Virus record (IMG/VR): IMGVR_UViG_3300033143_005193
Span: 46,777 to 110,776 of that record
Direction: 5' to 3' (one strand)
From: a virus
Length of the DNA: 64,000 nt
Both the position numbers and the translations under genes were made by a program. Position 1 is the first letter of the stretch. Each line of letters begins with the position of its first letter. Below the pieces are notes generated by a model. That model ran no database searches. It was not told the DNA's origin and saw only the letters and a list, made by a program, of their open reading frames with translations. Below, one piece after another: positions 60,494 to 64,000 of the stretch.

Positions 60494-60922
60494 TTAAGTA
60501 TGATCAATAATTTCAATATCAGAACAATTTATCATTTTACCAATTTTTCCATTTATAATGGAAACACAATATTCCCATTTCAAAGGTGTAACAAAAATAT
60601 CATAATTTTTGAAGCATTTTGGTAAAACGAATTCAATTCTAAAATATTTTGGATGATTATAATATACATCAATTTTATCAGCATCAAGATCGTTCAAACA
60701 AGTTTTCCCATCATAAATAAATGGTGTAAATGAAATAACAGGACCCTCATAATCTTTACAACAAATAGAACCGTTTAAAACATCAAGATATTTATAATCA
60801 TGAAAATAAAAACAAAAATCAACTCTATAATCATTTTCAAAGACATCAATTCCAGACAAAATTTCATCAATAGAAACATTTGAATTATGAATATAATCAA
60901 TTAAATGAATTTTATATGACAT
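60494..60922 (-). CDS. Hypothetical protein
   Basis: GAGG RBS; fills gap between tRNAs. Confidence 0.55.
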   Translation of the reverse strand: MSYKIHLIDYIHNSNVSIDEILSGIDVFENDYRVDFCFYFHDYKYLDVLNGSICCKDYEGPVISFTPFIYDGKTCLNDLDADKIDVYYNHPKYFRIEFVLPKCFKNYDIFVTPLKWEYCVSIINGKIGKMINCSDIEIIDHT

Positions 60923-60936
60923 TTTAACCTCTTTTT

Positions 60937-61011
60937 TGGCTCTAAGGGTAGGATTCGAACCTACATCTTTATGATTAACAGTCATACGCTCTACCGTTAA
61001 GCTACCTTAGA
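60937..61011 (-). tRNA. tRNA-Asn(GTT)
   Basis: Loop CT-GTT-AA, CCA. Confidence 0.92.
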
Positions 61012-61020
61012 AAAAACAGA

Positions 61021-61095
61021 TGGTAGTGGGTGAAGGAATCGAACCTTCATCTTTCGGTTATCGGCCGAAAATCCTACCTATTGGAAGAACCCACT
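61021..61095 (-). tRNA. tRNA-Ile(GAT)
   Basis: Loop CC-GAT-AA (C33), CCA. Confidence 0.85.
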
Positions 61096-61151
61096 ATTAA
61101 ATCAATGATACACAACATCATTATAATAAAACATTTTTTACACTTTGTAAA

Positions 61152-61230
61152 TGGCGACCCTGGACGGATTTGAACCGACGATCTCTTGGCTGACAACCAA
61201 GCGCATTAAACCAAACTATGCTACAGGGCC
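61152..61230 (-). tRNA. tRNA-Asp(GTC)
   Basis: Loop TT-GTC-AG, CCA. Confidence 0.9.
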
Positions 61231-61242
61231 AAACATAAAATT

Positions 61243-61318
61243 TGGTAGGGAATAAGGGAATCGAACCCTTCTAAATCTGCTTGTAAGGCAGACATCCACC
61301 CCAGTTGATTTATTCCCT
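61243..61318 (-). tRNA. tRNA-Val(TAC)
   Basis: Loop CT-TAC-AA, CCA. Confidence 0.85.
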
Positions 61319-61357
61319 ATAATATCAAATATCATAAAACTTGTAAATTATCAAAAT

Positions 61358-61432
61358 TGGAACCCCCACAGGGAATCGAACCCTGATCAACGGCTTAGAA
61401 GGCCACCACTCTATCCTTTGAGCTATGGGGGC
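61358..61432 (-). tRNA. tRNA-Arg(TCT)
   Basis: Loop CT-TCT-AA, CCA. Confidence 0.9.
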
Positions 61433-61484
61433 AAAATTGTTATTTAATAAAATTCAACATATCAAATAATACAAAAAATGTAAC

Positions 61485-61561
61485 TGGAGCCCCTAATGAG
61501 ATTCGAACTCATATAAAACCTTGATCCGTAGTCAAGCGCTGATCCGTTCAGCTATAGGGGC
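61485..61561 (-). tRNA. tRNA-Arg(ACG)
   Basis: Loop CT-ACG-GA, CCA. Confidence 0.9.
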
Positions 61562-61567
61562 TTAAAA

Positions 61568-61654
61568 TGGCGGAAGGGACAGGATTCGAACCTGCAACCG
61601 TTTTACCGGCCCGAGTTTTCAAGACTCGTTGCTCACCATACTAGCGACCCTTCC
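61568..61654 (-). tRNA. tRNA-Ser(TGA)
   Basis: Loop CT-TGA-AA, long variable arm, CCA. Confidence 0.9.
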
Positions 61655-61682
61655 ATAAATTATATACTACACAATAAAAAAG

Positions 61683-61753
61683 TGGATCTACGGGGAATCG
61701 AACCCCGTGACGGATACCGTGCAAAGGTTTCCCGTAACCCCATTACTAGACCC
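61683..61753 (-). tRNA. tRNA-Ala(TGC), atypical D arm, CCA not encoded
   Basis: G3-U70 pair, loop TT-TGC-AC, canonical T arm. Confidence 0.7.
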
Positions 61754-61764
61754 AAATATTTTAT

Positions 61765-61843
61765 TGGTCGGGAAGGTAGGATTCGAACCTACGAAGTGCC
61801 CCGCGTCCAAGGCGGGTAGCCTAAACCACTAGCTCACTTCCCG
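61765..61843 (-). tRNA. tRNA-Pro(TGG)
   Basis: Loop CT-TGG-AC, CCA. Confidence 0.9.
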
Positions 61844-61850
61844 ATATTTT

Positions 61851-62498
61851 TTAGTTAAAATCCTTATACTTCAATTTAGTAATAATTCTTTTTCTGTTTC
61901 TTGTAAAAAGAGGAACTTTTGGAGTACCAACCAAACCTTCTGCGATAAAATCACCCCATTGAGAATTAAAACCCTCTTTTACAATTTTGATAGCATCATA
62001 AATACTACCAATCAAAACAACAGGAACAACAGGAATATCTAATTGTTTTCCAATTTTTACAACATCTTCCCTTTTTAACCACCATTCACCTATTTTAACA
62101 TCAAAAAGAACAAACTTTTCTTCTTTTGAATATTTTCCACCAGCTTGAATTTTGTTACCGTATCCTTCACCATACAAACAAATTTCTACATTATTTTTAT
62201 CCGATACAGTAAAAACTTTCTTGAAATCCTCAATCATAGGCAGAAATTTTGATTGAAGATGTTTTACCAAACCAACAGGCATTTGAGCTCTATCAGTTTT
62301 ACCACCAAAAGTGATATTTTCACCATCAAACATAATTCTAATATTAGTTCCATCAACCTTTTCAGTCCAAATCCAATCGTTATCTTTAAGATAGAAAAAT
62401 TCTGGCAAAGTCCATTTACCTTCAATAATTTTACCCTTTAATGGACCTTTTTCTTGATGCCTTTTAAAGATTGTTTGGATTTTATGATATTCTTTCAT
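61851..62498 (-). CDS. RNA ligase (Rnl2-like nucleotidyltransferase domain)
   Basis: TEKVDGTN, YGEGYG, FVLFDV, EGLV, KLK. Confidence 0.8.
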   Translation of the reverse strand: MKEYHKIQTIFKRHQEKGPLKGKIIEGKWTLPEFFYLKDNDWIWTEKVDGTNIRIMFDGENITFGGKTDRAQMPVGLVKHLQSKFLPMIEDFKKVFTVSDKNNVEICLYGEGYGNKIQAGGKYSKEEKFVLFDVKIGEWWLKREDVVKIGKQLDIPVVPVVLIGSIYDAIKIVKEGFNSQWGDFIAEGLVGTPKVPLFTRNRKRIITKLKYKDFN

Positions 62499-62543
62499 AA
62501 TACACCTCATTTTCAAAATAATCAAAAATAATGGACTGAAAAA

Positions 62544-62618
62544 TGGAGCGGGTAAACGGACTTGAACCGTTACCTATAGCTTGGAAGGCTAATATGCTAC
62601 CATTAACACCATACCCGC
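62544..62618 (-). tRNA. tRNA-Gly(TCC)
   Basis: Loop CT-TCC-AA, CCA. Confidence 0.9.
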
Positions 62619-62627
62619 TAAAATTCA

Positions 62628-62701
62628 TGGTAGCCCCGGGTGGAATCGAACCACCATTAGAGCGTTATAAGCACCCCCTTCTACCATTGAAGTACGAGGC
62701 C
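62628..62701 (-). tRNA. tRNA-Ile(TAT)
   Basis: Loop CT-TAT-AA, A73, CCA. Confidence 0.8.
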
Positions 62702-62717
62702 AAAATCATATTAAAAT

Positions 62718-62793
62718 TGGTGATCCCGGCCGGATTCGAACCGGCAACTACAACCTTGAAAGGGTTGTGACCTAACCATTAGTCCACGGGACC
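62718..62793 (-). tRNA. tRNA-Glu(TTC)
   Basis: Loop CT-TTC-AA, CCA. Confidence 0.9.
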
Positions 62794-62803
62794 AAATTAA
62801 AAG

Positions 62804-62885
62804 AGCCGGCGGAGGGATTCGAACCCCCGATGCCTTACGGTCCTGCTTACAAGGCAGGTGCAATCAACCACTATGCGACACCGGC
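62804..62885 (-). tRNA. tRNA-Thr(TGT), enlarged variable arm, CCA not encoded
   Basis: GCCGGTG acceptor, loop CT-TGT-AA. Confidence 0.8.
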
Positions 62886-62895
62886 TAATTTCTTT

Positions 62896-63147
62896 TCAAA
62901 CAATATTACCATGTTTTTGAAGGATTGTCAACCAATCCTTTCTATTAATAGTGGCTCTACTTACAGGAATTTCATTACCAGAAGTAAAATATTCATCAAT
63001 TTCTCTTATGATACCACTCAAAGAATCGATAATTTCCCCCTGAAATTGTAAATCACGTTTCAATACATTTACTTGATCTTGCAAACCATTTTTTTCATTC
63101 ATCAACCACGCAATTTCAACCTCAAGAGATTTACGACCTTTTTTCAT
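62896..63147 (-). CDS. Hypothetical coiled-coil protein
   Basis: 83 aa, AAGGA RBS. Confidence 0.55.
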   Translation of the reverse strand: MKKGRKSLEVEIAWLMNEKNGLQDQVNVLKRDLQFQGEIIDSLSGIIREIDEYFTSGNEIPVSRATINRKDWLTILQKHGNIV

Positions 63148-63176
63148 AATAACTTTCCTTTTTTAAAGTTTACTAA

Positions 63177-63266
63177 TGGTGAGGGGTGAAGGAATCGAAC
63201 CTATCGTCACCCACCCGCAAATTTAACGACAACTGATTTACAGTCAGTCAGCAGGGACAACCCCCA
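63177..63266 (-). tRNA. Atypical tRNA-Tyr(GTA) lacking a D arm
   Basis: Loop CT-GTA-AA, T arm, ACCA end; short 5' linker, long variable region. Confidence 0.65.
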
Positions 63267-63311
63267 GACTAACGTTTATTTTATTATACAATACAAAAAA
63301 TGTAAACTTTA

Positions 63312-63385
63312 TGGCAGGCCATAGAGGATTCAAACCCCTATCAATCGGGTTGGAGCCGATTATGTTATCTTTACACCAATGACCT
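63312..63385 (-). tRNA. tRNA-Trp(CCA)
   Basis: Loop CT-CCA-AC, CCA end. Confidence 0.85.
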
Positions 63386-63624
63386 ATAATATTTAACTCA
63401 TTAAAACAAAAAAACTTCCAAGAAATTAATCCCGGAAGCCTTTTGTAAATACTATATGTTTACAAAAGACTACCGCATGAATATACCTCTTGTATTTTTA
63501 CAATACAGTAACTGCGACTGAATAATATTATAGATTTTAATGGTTAAATTTTTCATGTTACCAATATTTAGCATTTTTTTCTTTTTTTTCAATATACACT
63601 TATATAAAACAAATGTACATTGAA

Positions 63625-63967
63625 AAAAACCACTTTTTTTTCGTAAAAAGTGGGAAAAAACGTCACTTTCTCGACGAAAGTAAGAAAACACACTTTTTTT
63701 CGTAAAAGTTAAAAAAACGTCACTTTTTCACGAAAGTAAGAAAACGTCACTTTTTTTCGTAAAAGTGAGAAAACGTCTGGTTTTATGGTAAAAAAACCAG
63801 AAAACCGGGTAACGTGGTGAACGTTTTACTGATGTGAAAACGTTCAAAAAAACAGATGATTTTTTTCGCAAAAACATCAAAACGTTACTTTTTTTTCGCG
63901 AAAGTAAGAAAACGTCACTTTTTTTCGCAAAAAGTGAGAAAACGTCACTTTTTCACGCAAAAGTGAT
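63625..63967. repeat. Imperfect ~28-32 bp palindromic tandem repeats (about 8-9 units)
   Basis: AAAACGTCACTTTTT(T)(C/T)CG(T/C)AAAAGT(G/A)AG units in a non-coding tract. Confidence 0.85.
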
Positions 63968-64000
63968 AACGCCCTATGATTTAAGCGATAGGGGCTCGCT

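Noticed and set aside
57849-63051. + strand ORFs 57849-58136, 62543-62770, 62830-63051 and 5' extensions of ORFs into tRNAs
   Set aside because: They overlap tRNA/tmRNA genes
63470-63691. 73-aa ORF
   Set aside because: Derived from the repeat tract and poly-A/T runs; no credible protein features
63625-63967. CRISPR array
   Set aside because: Units abut without unique spacers and are degenerate; no cas genes
1-64000. Stop-codon reassignment
   Set aside because: Conserved genes are intact in code 11, all three stops terminate genes, and no suppressor tRNA was found

Overview
AT-rich segment of a large T4-like (myovirus-type) phage genome, standard genetic code. It opens on the + strand with the end of a His/Gly-repeat tail-fibre gene, gp55 late sigma factor, gp47/gp46, UvsX and NADAR, with an IS200/IS605 (tnpA/tnpB) element inserted between gp47 and gp46. 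From ~12 kb the - strand carries a ~17 kb sugar/sulfur modification cluster (WbpB/D/E-like enzymes, epimerases, glycosyltransferases, two sulfotransferases, CysC, SqdB with two inteins). Next come Dam plus a putative nuclease, primase, class II RNR (three inteins), a thymidylate synthase-like protein, RNase H, Hsp20, gp32, an intein-bearing glycosyltransferase, NAD ligase, a stand-alone PgpH-like HD protein and a DUF2828 (TROVE/vWA-like) gene. The window ends with 23 tRNAs, a tmRNA, an RNA ligase and a palindromic tandem-repeat tract. Top candidates for novel biology: (1) three structured ACAGCAA RNAs directly upstream of the DUF2828 gene, two carrying anticodon-like loops; (2) a split TnpB system in which an intact nuclease gene lacks its omegaRNA core while a protein-less copy 52 kb away retains it; (3) a phage-encoded sulfated/sulfonated glycan pathway. 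All calls come from motif recognition by eye; no searches were run.
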